A stretch of 64,000 nucleotides of DNA from Eledone cirrhosa (Eukaryota). The stretch's first letter is position 1. Each line of letters begins with the position of its first letter. Below, piece by piece: positions 14,401 to 27,885 of the stretch. Made by a program: the position numbers and the translations under genes. The DNA lies in NCBI GenBank assembly GCA_964016885.1, contig OZ024759.1, forward strand, positions 35,154,001-35,218,000, given 5' to 3'. Under the pieces are notes generated by a model, which saw nothing but the letters and a program-made list of their open reading frames with translations, had not been told where the DNA came from and did not search any database.

Positions 14401-14472
14401 ACTGTTGTCTGTAGGTGTGCACTGTTGTCTGTAGGTGTGCACTGTTGTCTGTAGGTGTGCAGTGTATGTCTG
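11452..14472 (+). repeat. 20-bp minisatellite (~3 kb) with a 463-bp higher-order duplication
   Basis: Unit tgtctgtaggtgtgcactg(c/t); rare variant tgcacttgtc at 11711 and 12174. Confidence 0.97.
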
Positions 14473-14698
14473 TGTGTGTAGTTTTGTCCCTCAATGGAGA
14501 AACTATTTCCCTGTAACATCAATTATTGTAAGTCTTCCCCCAGACGTGGATCTATTTCACTGTGGGTAACTAGGGGTAGGGGTGGAGGTGAGAGGTTACT
14601 GCCTCCCTCCCCCCACTCCACCTTACCACCCATCCACCCAATTTCTAATTAATTAGAAGCTCTTTAGATTGAGGATTTTATAAATAGACAAATTTTAG

Positions 14699-15395
14699 GT
14701 GGTGGTGGGGGTGGTGGGGGTGGTAGTATTGATGGTGGTAGTGGTGGTGGTGGTGGTGTTGGTGGTGGTGGTGGTGGTGTTGGTGGTGGTGGTGGTGTTG
14801 TTGGTGGTGGTGGTGGTGGTGTTGGTGGTGGTGGTAGTGGTGGTGGTAGTAGTGGTGATGGTGGTGGTGGTAGTAGTGATGTTGGTAGTGGTGGTAGTAG
14901 TGATGTTGGTAGTGGTGATGGTGGTGGTGGTGGTAGTAGTGATGTTGGTGGTGGTGGTAGTAGTGGTGATGGTAGTAGTGATGTTGGTGGTGGTAGTAGT
15001 GATGTTGGTGGTGGTGGTAGTAATGGTGATGGTGGTGGCGGTAGTAGTGATGTTGGTAGTGGTGATGGTGGTGGTGGTGGTAGTAGTGATGTTGGTGGTG
15101 GTGGTAGTAATGGTGATGGTGGTGGTGGTAGTAGTGATGTTGGTAGTGGTGATGGTGGTGGTGGTGGTAGTAGTGATGTTGGTGGTGGTGGTAGTAGTGA
15201 TGTTGGTAGTGGTGATGGTGGTGGTAGTAGTGGTGATGGTGGTGGTGGTGGTAGTAGTGATGTTGGTAGTGGTGGTGGTGGTGGTGGTAGTAGTTGTGAT
15301 GGTGGTGGTGGTAGTAGTGGTGATGGTGGTGGTGGTGGTAGTAGTGATATTGGTGGTGGTGGTGGTGGTGCTATGGTAATGTCTGGTGATGGTGG
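14699..15395. repeat. (GTG/GTA/ATG)n triplet tract
   Basis: Direct inspection. Confidence 0.95.
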
Positions 15396-15767
15396 TGTGT
15401 GTGTGTATTGTTTTTATCTAGAGGAATGACTATGGTCAGTGTGTGGAAGGAGTGTGGCTCTCCACCACCACTACCACCACCACTGTCATCTCTACCACCA
15501 CTACGACCACACCACCACACCACCACACCACCACCACACCATCAACACCACCACCAACACCCCACTACCTATAACATTACAACACTACCACCACCACACC
15601 ACCACCACCTCCCAGTAATCCTCTCTAATTCCGATGTCATTTGTTTGTCTAAGGCCTTATTAAACTTTCATGTTGTCATGGTGACCGTTTTGTTTTTGTT
15701 TTATTTTTCTCTAGTTTCCAGGACAGAATTAGTCATGAAATAAGATGGCCGTATCATAATAATAATA

Positions 15768-15957
15768 ATTGTTTCTACTTTTGTCACAAGGCCAGCAAAT
15801 ACCCCAGTGTATTACTGATACTTTCTTTTATCGACCCCGTAAGGATGAAAGGCAAAGTTAACCTTGGCAGGATTTGAACTCAGAATGACAAGGGCCGTAA
15901 CTCTATGCTGCAAAGCATGGCGTCCGACCCTCTACTGATTCTGCCAATCCACCGCCA
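15768..15957 (-). mobile_element. SINE family A
   Basis: tcgaccccgtaaggatgaaaggcaaagttaaccttggcaggatttgaactcagaa...ctgccaatccaccgcc. Confidence 0.8.
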
Positions 15958-15974
15958 TTATGTTAATATAATAA

Positions 15975-16223
15975 TAATAATAATAGTTTCATTTATTGGC
16001 CACAAGGGCTGACATACAGGGGACAATACAAAAGACAGGGACAGTGGGGGGTTTACATATACAACGTGTAAACAATAATAACAATAACAAAATAACAATA
16101 AAAATACAACAAGGAAAATTTCCCAATAGAGGGGGGGGGGGGGGATGACCACCCAGGGTTCACTCAGGTACCCCACCAATCCTGAACGACCCGACGCTTC
16201 GAGAGCACCCGGGAAGGGCACCC
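15975..16223 (-). mobile_element. Probable LINE 3' UTR fragment with (ATT)n tail
   Basis: Minus strand ends AATAAATGAAACT-(ATT)n; GC/CpG-richer than its flanks; lies between two SINE pieces. Confidence 0.4.
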
Positions 16224-16399
16224 TTTAAAGGTAAAGTTAACCTCAGCAGGATTTTAACTCAGAATGTAAAAGGACGTAACTCTATGCCATAAAATATGGT
16301 GTCTGACATTCTACCAATACTGCCAATCCACCACCCTAATAATAATAATAATGATTTCTAGTATAGGGACACGGTCAACAATTTTGGGGGGTGATGGTG

Positions 16400-16715
16400 C
16401 CAGGAAAAAATACACCCAGTACACTCTGTAAAGTGGTAGAGCTGGTGCCATGAAATAATACACCCAGTACACTCTGTAAAGTGGTAGTGTTGGTGTCATG
16501 ATAAAATACATCCAGTACACTCTGTAAAGTGGTTGTGTTGGTACCATGATAAAATACACCCAGTACACTCTGTAAAGTGGTTGGCATTTGGAAGGACATC
16601 CAGCCATAGTAAGTATGACAAAGATGAGAGGTCAGTCCGACCTGTGTGGTCGTGGACTGTGACAACCTGTCAAACCCATGCTAACCCCGAGGTTAAACAT
16701 AAAACCACTGATAAT
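16400..16715 (+). mobile_element. SINE family B with 4 x 48-bp internal repeat
   Basis: Same amplified segment and tail as 9948-10602. Confidence 0.75.
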
Positions 16716-17487
16716 GTAGTGAAATGTAGTCTTTAGTGTCAACATATCATGTGTTGATGGTGTAAAGTTCTTCACCCACGTCCCCTGTCTTCCCCCGGGG
16801 GTGGGACGGTGGAGGAAGTTATATAAAACTGGGACATTCATCGTTGAAACTGACGGAGGACCATTTCATGTGTTTTAGTAAAGTTCTTCACCCCCTTCCA
16901 CTGGGGTGGTGGAATGTGGGGGGGGGGGGGGGAGTTATTTATATAAAATTGGAATTATTTCTGGTCTGACCAGTTTTTCATAGGAAACAAAAACAAAGAA
17001 AAAAAAAAATGTTTGTTTACTGCTTTAATAATAATAATTTTTCAATGTCTGCTGTTACTACCACTACTACTACTACTACTACTACTAGTACTACTACTAT
17101 TACTTGATGAAATATATTTTTTTGTTGGTGTTTACGCTGTCTTCTATTATCCCAACTAATACCTTGTGAGTGAATTTAGTACACAGAAACTGTGTGGAAG
17201 CCCATCATCATCATCATCATCGTTTAACGTCCATCTTCCGTGCTTGCATGGGTTTGGACGGTGTCCATCATATGTATATATTCAACGTACAGGGCAAAGA
17301 CAATGGAAAACAAGAGAAAGACAGTCCCATCTCCTCAGTCAACTTCTGGTGATCACTACAATTTTGGTGTTTTTAGGTTGATACCATCCATTCTGGTAAA
17401 CATTGGGATGTAACAGGTAGAGACATGTTATACCTTTAGGTTACACAAATATACAGTGTGCTAGGACTTAGCCAAAGGAGAATGAAA

Positions 17488-17778
17488 ATAGATATATGTG
17501 TGTATAGATATATATATATATATGTGTGTATATAGATATATATAGATATATGTGTGTATATAGATATATATAGATATATGTGTGTATATAGATATATATA
17601 TGTATGTGTATAGATATATATATGTGTGTATGTAGATATATATATGTGTGTATATATATATATATATGTATATATAGATATGTGTATATAGATATATATA
17701 TATGTGTATATAGATATAGATATATATGTGTGTATATATATATGTGTGTGTATATAGATATATATATATATATTTGTG

Positions 17779-17809
<31 letters not shown>

Positions 17810-18176
17810 CTATAGATATATGTGTGTATATATATATGTATGTGTATATGTATATATATGTGTGTATGTACATATATATATGTGTGTATATATATATATA
17901 TAGATATATAGATATGTGTATATAGATATATATATGTGTATATAGATATATATATATATGTGTGTATATATATATGTGTGTGTATATAGATATATATATA
18001 TATATATTTGTGTATATATATATATATATATGTGTGTGTCTATAGATATATATATATGTGTATCTATAGATATAGATATGTGTATATAGATATATATATG
18101 TGTATATAGATATATATATATATGTGTGTATATATATATGTGTGTGTATATAGATATATATATATATATATTTGTG

Positions 18177-18207
<31 letters not shown>

Positions 18208-18533
18208 CTATAGATATATATATATGTGTATCTATAGATATATATATGTGTGTATATAGATATCTATATATATGTGTGTATATATAGATATGTGTGTGTA
18301 TATAGATCTCTATATATATGTGTGTATATATAGATATGTGTGTGTATATAGATATCTATATATAAGTGTGTGTATATAGATATCTATATATAAGTGTGTG
18401 TATATAGATATATATATAAGTGTGTGTATATATAGATATGTGTGTGTATATAGATATATATATAAGTGTGTGTATATAGATATATATATAAGTGTGTGTA
18501 TATAGATATATATATAAGTGTGTGTATGTATAT
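17488..18533. repeat. Compound TA/TG/TAGA microsatellite
   Basis: Direct inspection. Confidence 0.95.
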
Positions 18534-18534
18534 A

Positions 18535-18835
18535 GGCAGCGAACTCGTTAGATTGTCGGATAGAAAGCTTCCGGCTCTCCACTCTCTGAGGTCAAATCTC
18601 GCCAAGGTCAACTTTGCCTTTCATTCATTCGAGGTCAATAAAAAAGTACCGGTCAAATACTGGGGTTGATTCTTCCTCTATATCTCTTTCTCACCCTCTC
18701 TATTCTTCTCTGGAAGAAATCTACTATATTCAGACCTGGAGAGGAGATGGGTTCCACCAGGGTTTAAAAAATACCCTAGAAAAGCTGTATGTCAATATGG
18801 CCTTCCTATGACTCCCCCAGGAGTTACAGGTCCAT
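18535..18835 (+). mobile_element. SINE family A variant with an alternative 3' tail
   Basis: Family A core followed by ttcagacctggagagg...gggttccaccagggtttaaaaaataccctag; same tail as 24048 onward. Confidence 0.7.
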
Positions 18836-18847
18836 ACCATGTATATA

Positions 18848-19073
18848 TGTGTGTGTGTGTGTGTGTGTGTGACAGCTCACACCTCTGAAGGTTTAGCTGG
18901 CCTCCTCCAAGGTATATCTCGTTGGAGGTGTCTTGGGTGGTTTAATGATAGGGACCCCAGTCCCTATCATCTCATTTCTACAGCTGAGTAAACTGGAGCA
19001 ACGTGAAATAAAGTGTCTTGCTCAAGGAAACAACACATCACTCAGCCCGAGAATTGAACTCACAACCTTTCGA
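18848..19073 (-). mobile_element. SINE family C, 5'-truncated
   Basis: Reverse complement of 30888-31100. Confidence 0.85.
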
Positions 19074-19125
19074 AATATATATATACTCCTTTGAATAATT
19101 TATATATATATATATATATATATAT

Positions 19126-19290
19126 AACGAAGGAAATGTGGTAAGGAACCAGGTGGACCATAACGCGCCAAAGTACTCAATACTTAGGGTAGTAGAGTGG
19201 GTAATAGGAACCAGTAAGACCCCGACGGCTGAGCTCAAGCCGTTTCGACGGCTAATTCTGGACTAAATTTCTGGGGTCTTACTGGTTCCT
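19126..19290 (-). mobile_element. Short TA-embedded element carrying the 3' half of a hammerhead (GAAAC-stem III-GTC)
   Basis: Near-identical to 54997-55137 and 21488-21552; minus strand GAAACGGCTtgagctcAGCCGTC; partial inverted arm at 19273-19290. Confidence 0.55.
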
Positions 19291-19438
19291 ATATATATAT
19301 ATATTATATACGGTATTGTTCCGTCACATATTCCTATATCTTAATCTTTTCTATTACTAACCTACTTTGATAAGAGTTTCTACTTAAAACACCTTCTTCT
19401 CCATTTCTTATTCAATATAAATATTTCTGCTCTACACT

Positions 19439-19559
<121 letters not shown>

Positions 19560-19563
19560 GTGA

Positions 19564-19680
<117 letters not shown>

Positions 19681-19819
19681 CATCATCATCATCATCATCA
19701 TCATCAGGTTTAGCGTCCGTGTTCCACGCTTGCATGGGTTTGGACGGGGGTTTTCCCACTTGAGGCAAGAGTGGTTGTCTTGCTCGCATAGGACTGTCTG
19801 ATATACATATATATATGTG

Positions 19820-19922
<103 letters not shown>

Positions 19923-19925
19923 GTG

Positions 19926-19985
<60 letters not shown>

Positions 19986-20017
19986 GTGATATATATATAT
20001 ATATATATATATATCAC

Positions 20018-20065
<48 letters not shown>

Positions 20066-20068
20066 GTG

Positions 20069-20113
<45 letters not shown>

Positions 20114-20202
20114 GATTCCAGGTTAAATCGGGGATAACCTCAGAACCACAGTAAGTAAAGTACTCAATACATAGCAGAGTAAAAGTAATTTAATATAGAA
20201 AT

Positions 20203-20252
20203 GGCTTCTACAGGACTAGAACTGTTTCATTCAGAGGAAATCATCAGAAAGG
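20203..20252 (-). ncRNA. Second copy of the same hammerhead motif on the opposite strand (other arm of the palindrome)
   Basis: Exact reverse complement of the + copy across the core; stem I 4 bp. Confidence 0.7.
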
Positions 20253-20301
20253 CTTTCTGATGATTTCCTCTGAATGAAACAGTTCTAGTCCTGTAGAAGC
20301 C
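20251..20301 (+). ncRNA. Minimal type I hammerhead ribozyme motif (Penelope-like element type)
   Basis: GGCTTT-CTGATGA-tTTCctctGAAt-GAAACAG-ttctagtc-CTGTA-GAAGCC: stem I 6 bp (one G.U), stem II 3 bp, stem III 4 bp, GUA cleavage triplet. Confidence 0.75.
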
Positions 20302-20467
<166 letters not shown>

Positions 20468-20925
20468 ATGTATATATATATATATATATATGTGTGTGAT
20501 GTATATATATATGTATATATATATATGTGTGTGATGTATATATATATGTATATATTTGATATAAATATATATGATGTCTGTGTGTGTATATATATATATA
20601 TATATATGATGTCTGTGTGTGTATATATATATATATATGATGTCGGTGTGAATATATATATATATATACACACACAGACATCATATATATATATATATAT
20701 ATATATATTCTTCTCCCCATTTTTTCACATATATATATATATATATATATATCGTGTATATGTGATGTGTATGTTGTCCTCACTTTTCTGTAAATATTTT
20801 TCTCAACTTTGTGTCTCCTTTTTTTTCTTCACAATTATTAATAGTTTTATTATGGTTTTAACTTTTTATTTTGGTATCAACATACATTTTAATTGTTTGC
20901 CTCACCACTCCTTTGTGTCATCCTG

Positions 20926-20960
<35 letters not shown>

Positions 20961-21233
20961 ATAAATTATCGAGATTCGCATTTCGGCCCACGAAATAACG
21001 AAAAACAACCTCCGAGATGTGTGGCAAGTGCTCAATGATTCAGATGAACCAGAGCTATAACAAACGTTAAAGGCCAAACACACTGAGACGATGGTTAAAC
21101 AATCATCCGCATAGCCAAAAAAAACGATCAAGTAATTCGGGATATATATATATATATATCATCGTTTTCGGTTTCCCTTGTTCAGGGTTAGTTAGCCTAT
21201 AATGAGAAGTGTTATTATATATATATATATAAA

Positions 21234-21420
21234 GGGCGGTGGATTGCCAGTGTCGGTAGAGGGTCGGACGCCATGCTTTCCACCATAGTTACGTCCCTTT
21301 ACGGTCTGAGTTCAAATCTCGCCGATGTTAAACTTTGCCTTTCATCCTAGCGGGGTCGATAAAATAAAGTACCAGTAATACACTGGGTAATTGTTGGCCT
21401 TGTGCTAAATGTAGAAACAG
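21234..21420 (+). mobile_element. SINE family A
   Basis: ggcggtggattgccagtgtcggtagag...gagttcaaatctcgccgatgttaaactttgcctttcatcc. Confidence 0.8.
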
Positions 21421-21435
21421 TTATTATATATATAT

Positions 21436-21477
<42 letters not shown>

Positions 21478-21487
21478 ACATTTATAT

Positions 21488-21552
21488 ATAGGAACGAGTA
21501 GGACCCCGACGGCTGAGCTCAAGCCGTTTCGACGGCTAATTCTGGACTAGAC
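21488..21552 (-). mobile_element. Truncated copy of the 19126 family
   Basis: gaccccgacggctgagctcaagccgtttcgacggctaattctggacta is identical to 19218-19265; flanked by (TA)n. Confidence 0.55.
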
Positions 21553-22254
21553 ATTATATATATATATATATATATAATGTCTATTTTCCATGCTTGCATG
21601 GTTTAGACAGGTTGTCCCATACTAAGGCTAGACAAGCCAGGTGACCACCTTGTCCATACACACTGGCGGCGGAGGAGGTTGATGGTGGTGGTAATGGTGA
21701 TGATGATGGTTGTAGTATTGGTGATAGCGGTTGTGTTGGTGATGATGATGATGGTTGTAGTATTGGTGGTGGTGATGATGATGATGGTATTGTGATTTCT
21801 ATTTTATCAATTTGAAATTTAAAACATTTTTTTTTTTTCCAAATAATTAAAAAAAAGGAAGTGTTTAGATTTTGTTTCAAAAATTCAATAGCAATAAATT
21901 AGTATTGAACAGCTCCTGAGATTGCCATTCCTTGATTGGAAATAGAGAGGGAAACATTGTGGCTGGAAAAGTTGAAGAATTCCATTAAAATGAGAAATAG
22001 TTGCATTGATTTCTGGTTGGGAATAGTTGGAATGTAAATATTGCTGGAGGTTATATGTTGGGTAGAGGGGTAGATAGGTAGGTAGGTGGGTAGGTAGAGG
22101 GGTAGAGGGATAGATAGGTAGGTATAGGGGTAGATAGATAGATAGAGGAATGTATGGATGGATAAAGAGATAAAGAGATAGAGGGATATATATATATATG
22201 TGGAGAGAGAGAGGTGGGTATATATATATATATATATATATCTTTATATCTTTA

Positions 22255-22319
<65 letters not shown>

Positions 22320-22420
22320 AGAGAGAGATAGATAAAGATATAAAGTGAGGGTGGTTGTTTGTGGTTTATTTAGTGTATTAGATAGTAAATGTTTTAAGCT
22401 TTATCACACACACCAACTCA

Positions 22421-22471
<51 letters not shown>

Positions 22472-23866
22472 AAGGAGTTGTTTTACTTTTTTTGTCTTTT
22501 AGTAAGAAATGGAAGAATGAAATATTTGGTGCATAACTTCTCCTTCTTTCTTGTTTTGTTTTCATCAATTATATTTAATTTGAAATCTTTCTCCTTTCCT
22601 TCCTTCCTTCCTTCCTTCAGTGAAATCTTTAATTAATTTACTTCGTTACAAGCGAAACACAACATAATTGGGGAATGTCATCTCACCCTGTTGTTGTTTG
22701 GGATTTAAAATTGTAAAGTGGTGGCTGATAGGAACCCAGTACACTCTGTAAAGTGGTGGCTGGTAGGAGGGGTATCCAGTCATGGGTTACGAGGACCCTG
22801 GAGCTGTGTTGAAGGTGTAACAATGCACCCAGTACACTCTGTAAAGTGGTGGCTGGTAGGAGGGGTATCCAGTCATAGAAAACTTGCCAAATAACAGGTT
22901 AGGGGACACTTGAGCAATATAAAATACATGATAATCTCCCCAATGTTACTGGTTTACATAAATGCACCCACTACACTCTGTAAAGTAGTTTGTATTTTTT
23001 ATTGTAAGAAACATAGTCGGTCTTGTTTTGTGGTGACTCCTCTCATAACCTGGCTGGTCCTATATATATATCTTTGTGCTGTATTGTCCTCCTGTGTTGT
23101 GTTTTACTGCACACATATATATATCATCATCATCTTCATTTAACGTCTATCTTCCATGCTAGCATGGGTTTTATATATATATATATAGACACATACATAT
23201 ATATATCTGCTGATATATTCTTCCAATATATATATATATATACTGTATATATATCAGCAGAAAATGCTCGCAGAAAAAAAGTTCCGTAAGACAAACAGAT
23301 AACTTCATCGCCACCTCGACAACCACCTTACTGGCATGCAGTTTGGTGCATTAAGTTGGTATTGCAATTTTATGCCAGTGAGTATGTGTGTGCATATATA
23401 TATTTTCGTATACATACAAGAGAACCTAACCTAGAACCAGTGACTAAAGAATTTGCCATTTTTCTGTCCCTGAAATGCCAGTGTTGTAGATTAATTTGTT
23501 AAACATTACAATATCATCATTGGCAGGTGGTAAGTTAATGTGTTTCCTACTTTTCAATCTTCCTAATACCACCATTAACCATTATCTGATCAGATATCTT
23601 CCATTTCACACTGACAGACTTTACACAAAATAATGTTCTTGTTTCTAAGTAACATTGCAACTGTTAATGGAAGGTAAACCTGCCACAACAACAACAACAG
23701 CCTTGACCAGCCATCATCATCATCATTATCATTATTGTATGATTTTATATCTAATTTACTGACATGGGTTGGATGAAATTTCTAGGGGCAACGTTTCTGT
23801 GACTAAATGCCCCTTCCTTGTGCCAACATAAACCTTATGTTTTAAAGTGTAGTATATGCTGTTTAG

Positions 23867-25000
23867 GGCAGTGAGTTGGCAGTGATGAAGACATCCAATA
23901 GATTACTTTACGGTATTCCTCCCACCTCATTGCGGGCTCTCAGTTCAAATCCCACCAGGGTCAACTTTGCCTTTCATCCTTTCGGGGTCGATAAAGTACC
24001 AGTGCAGTACTGGGGTCGATTATTGTTTTAGCGAAAAATCTGCTGTGTTCAGACCTGGAGAGGGTTGGGCTCCACCAGGTTTAAAAGTACCCTAGACACC
24101 CCGTATAACAGTGTCTCTATAACTCTACAAGGAGTTATGGGATCTTTATCTGGGCTCCACCAGGTTTAAAAGTACCCTAGACACCCCATATAGCAGTGTC
24201 TCTATAACTCTACAAGGAGTTATGGGATCTTTATCTGGGCTCCACCAGGTTTAAAAGTACCCTAGAGACCCCGTATAACAGTGGCTCTACAACTCTACAA
24301 GGAGTTATGGGATCTTTATCTGGGCTCCACTAGGTTTAAAAGTACCCTAGACACCCCATATAACAGTGGCTCTACAACTCTACAAGGAGTTATGGGATCT
24401 TTATCTGGGCTCCACTAGGTTTAAAAGTACCCTAGACACCCCATATAACAGTGTCTCTACAACTCTACAAGGAGTTATGGGATCTTTATCTGGGCTCCAC
24501 TAGGTTTAAAAGTACCCTAGACACCCCATATAACAGTGTCTCTACAACTCTACAAGGAGTTATGGGATCTTTATCTGGGCTCCACTAGGTTTAAAAGTAC
24601 CCTAGACACCCCGTATAACAGTGCCTCTACAACTCTACAAGGAGTTATGGGATCTTTATCTGGGCTCCACTAGGTTTAAAAGTACCCTAGAGACCCCATA
24701 TAACAGTGGCTCTACAACTCTACAAGGAGTTATGGGATCTTTATCTGGGCTCCACTAGGTTTAAAAGTACTCTAGACACCCCATATAACAGTGGCTCTAC
24801 AACTCTACAAGGAGTTGTGGGATATTTATCTGGGCTCCACTAGGTTTAAAAGTATCCTAGACACCCCGTATAACAGTGTCTCTATAACTCTACAAGGAGT
24901 TATGGGATCTTTATCTGGGCTCCACCAGGTTTAAAAGTACCCTAGACACCCCATATAGCATAGCAGTGTCTCTATAACTCTACAAGGAGTTGTGGGATAT
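23867..25000 (+). mobile_element. SINE family A variant whose tail is amplified into an 85-bp minisatellite (~11 copies, 24067-25000)
   Basis: SINE head and core at 23867-24020; unit ctgggctccactaggtttaaaagtaccctag...gatctttat with period 85. Confidence 0.85.
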
Positions 25001-25039
25001 TTCTCCTTTTTATATTCTCTTTATCTTCTTCATAGATGT

Positions 25040-25295
25040 AGGAGTTGTTGTTGTTGTTAGTGGTAGTGATGGTGGTAGTGGTGGGAGTTGTCAGTATTGT
25101 TGCTGTTATTGTTGTTAGTGGTAGTGATGGTGGTAGTGGTGGGAGTTGTCAGTATTGTTGCTGTTGTTGTTGTTAGTGGTAGTGATGGTGGTAGTGGTGG
25201 GAGTTGTCAGTATTGTTGCTGTTGTTGTTGTTAGTGGTAGTGATGGTGGTAGTGGTGGGAGTTGTCAGTATTGTTGCTGTTGTTGTTGTTGTTGA
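25040..25295 (+). repeat. ~57-60-bp tandem repeat, about 4 copies
   Basis: gttagtggtagtgatggtggtagtggtgggagttgtcagtattgttgctgtt. Confidence 0.9.
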
Positions 25296-25750
25296 AAAGT
25301 TGAAATATTGTTGGCTGAAACCCAGAAATCTATTATGACCATTAAGGAATGGAAATGTCGGCATTTGGTGAAAGTTGAGTGGATTAAAAATAACAGCAGC
25401 AGGGATGGTATTGGTGGTGGTGGTGGTGGTGGTTGTGGCAGTGGTGGTTGTGGTTGTGGTGGCAGTGATGGTTGTGGTGGTTGTGGTGGTGGTGGTGGTG
25501 GTGGTGATGGTAGTAGGGGTGGTGGTGGTGATGTCAGTGCTGGTGGTGGTGGTGGTGATGGTGGTAATGGTGGTGGTGGTGGTTGTAGTGGTATTGGTGA
25601 TGTCAGTGGTTGTGATTGTAGTGGTGGTGTTGGTGTTGGTTGTAGTGCTGGTGGTGATGGATTTGAAGTGAACTTCTGTAACATGCCCATGTCAGCACCA
25701 TATATATATACACACATATATATATATACACATATATATTCACACATATG

Positions 25751-25870
25751 TAGATCCTGAGGGAAATCGTGGGTAACCATAGTAAATAAGGTACTCAATA
25801 CATTAGTAGAGTGAGAACAAAGAAAATTTAATATTAGTCCTGTAGAAGCCATTTCAATATTAAATTTTCA
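25751..25870. mobile_element. Second copy of the 20112 element family, again with an inverted segment
   Basis: gtactcaatacattagtagagt...aatttaatatt followed by inverted agtcctgtagaagccatttcaatattaaattt. Confidence 0.55.
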
Positions 25871-26073
25871 TTGTTATATTTATGTGTGTGTGTATACATA
25901 TATATATATATATATATATATAGTGTGTGTATATATATATATATATAGTGTGTAAAATTCTTTCAAAGAAGTAACACAGCCTTTTGTACTGCTTATTATA
26001 ATAAATTACTGTGTTTTGGGCTGTTTAACTTCTCCACCTATGTTTTATATTGTTTTTGTAAAACCGATATCTG

Positions 26074-26113
<40 letters not shown>

Positions 26114-26272
26114 TCACCACCCCTATACACCCTACACCCTTCCACCACTTGTTTATCTTCATGTTTATTTATTTTTTTATTTGTACCCCTTCCACCATTC
26201 CCCCCCCCCCTTCTAAATGTCTCTCCTACACTCCCCTACACACCCACGGAACTCTCTTCCCACCCACTTTTC

Positions 26273-26304
26273 GCCTGAAGAAGGGCTTATGCCCGAAACG
26301 TCGC
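26273..26304 (+). ncRNA. Minimal Penelope-type hammerhead motif within a pLTR-like fragment
   Basis: CTGAAGA-A-GGGC-ttat-GCCC-GAAAC-GTC; palindromic ACGT stem III; AATAAA ~30 nt downstream; stem I only 2 bp. Confidence 0.65.
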
Positions 26305-26544
26305 CCCCCCCCTCACTCCCAAGAGCGTGAAACTAATAAACCTTTGTTCATACTGCCTCTCTGTTTTGTTCCTGTTCCATTTTTCACTATATATATATTT
26401 TATGATATATATATATATATATTTATATATATGAGCGAGACATAGTCACCCGACCAGCCTTGCCTCAAGTGGGACAACTCCCGTCTAACCCATGCTAGCG
26501 TGGAAAATGGACGTTAAACGATGATGATGATGATCATCATCATC

Positions 26545-26695
26545 ATACGTCTGCTTTTCCCTATTCAGCACAGCATCTCTCCACTTGTCACGGTCCTCCG
26601 TCATCTCCTCGGTGAGTTTCAGCAATCTGAGGTATGTTCTCACCACCTCCGCCCATTTTTTTCGTGGTCTACCTCTACATCTTCCTTCCACTGGC

Positions 26696-26697
<2 letters not shown>
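26545..26697 (-). mobile_element. RTE LINE 3' end fragment
   Basis: PVEGRCRGRPRKKWAEVVRTYLRLLKLTEEMTEDRDKWRDAV. Confidence 0.8.
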
Positions 26698-26733
<36 letters not shown>

Positions 26734-26773
26734 GTGTGTAGTTGAAGAACAAACAAGACATCCTTCCACTGTT

Positions 26774-27128
26774 GACCACCTCTGTCTTTCCTAACCCCCC
26801 ACTCTCTATGAAGGACTAACACCCACCACACCTCTGTCTTTCCCACCTTCCCTCTCTATGAAGGACTACCTCCGACCACACCTCTGTCTTTCCCACCTCC
26901 CCTCTCTATGAAGGACTACCTCCGACCACACCTCTGTCTTTCCCACCTCCCCTCTCTATGAAGGACTACCTCCGACCACACCTCTGTCTTTCCCACCTCC
27001 CCTCTCTATGAAGGACTACCTCCGACCACACCTCTGTCTTTCCCACCTCCCCCTCTCTATGAAGGACTACCTCCGACCACACCTCTGTCTTTCCCACCTC
27101 CCCCTCTCTATGAAGGACTACCTCCCAC
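26774..27128 (+). repeat. 50-bp minisatellite, about 7 copies
   Basis: ctccgaccacacctctgtctttcccacctcccctctctatgaaggactac. Confidence 0.95.
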
Positions 27129-27452
27129 CAATATGTTGAAGTCACTTCTTCCATTTCACACAAGTCTTAACACTTTTTTTGTAATTGTTCTCCATGTTTG
27201 TTGTTCTAACTGGTTTTTCATTAACTTTGCACAAATTTCATCATCCTCGTCACCATCTTCATCTTCATCTTCATCACCATCGTCATCACCATCTTCATCA
27301 TCATCATCATTATCGTCGTCGTCATCACCATCTTCTTCACCATCACCATCATCGTCAATATCTTCAACATCATCATTATATGTTTGTATATATGTATTTG
27401 TATCATCATCATCGTGTAACATCCATTTTCCATTGTAGCATGGGTTAGATGG

Positions 27453-27486
<34 letters not shown>

Positions 27487-27521
27487 ATAGTTGTGTGTGT
27501 GTGTGACATATATATATATAT

Positions 27522-27636
27522 ATGAAGGACTAGCGTCCAAAATGTTAAGACCCTCTTCCTGCAATATCAAGCGTTAACCTAATATAACCCTTCCATATAC
27601 TGTACCGATTGTGTTGTTATTTCTGTTTACCTTTTA
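27522..27636 (+). mobile_element. 5'-truncated, CpG-decayed Penelope-type hammerhead/pLTR fragment
   Basis: ATGA-A-GGAC-tagc-GTCC-aAAAt-GTT...; inverted sister copy at 29445-29512. Confidence 0.45.
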
Positions 27637-27655
27637 CATACACATATATATATAT

Positions 27656-27709
<54 letters not shown>

Positions 27710-27849
27710 ACACACACATACATACAGGGTGAGTCATAAATAACTGAGAAGTCCAACATTTAAATAAATAACTGAAAGCCTTCCTGTTATTTTACCAACT
27801 TATAGAATTATCTATATATATATGTGTGTGTGTGTATATATATATGTAC

Positions 27850-27885
<36 letters not shown>

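Noticed and set aside
20965-21140. CpG-rich insert between (TA)n tracts as a coding exon
   Set aside because: Stops in the plausible frames and no splice context; probably an unclassified TE fragment.
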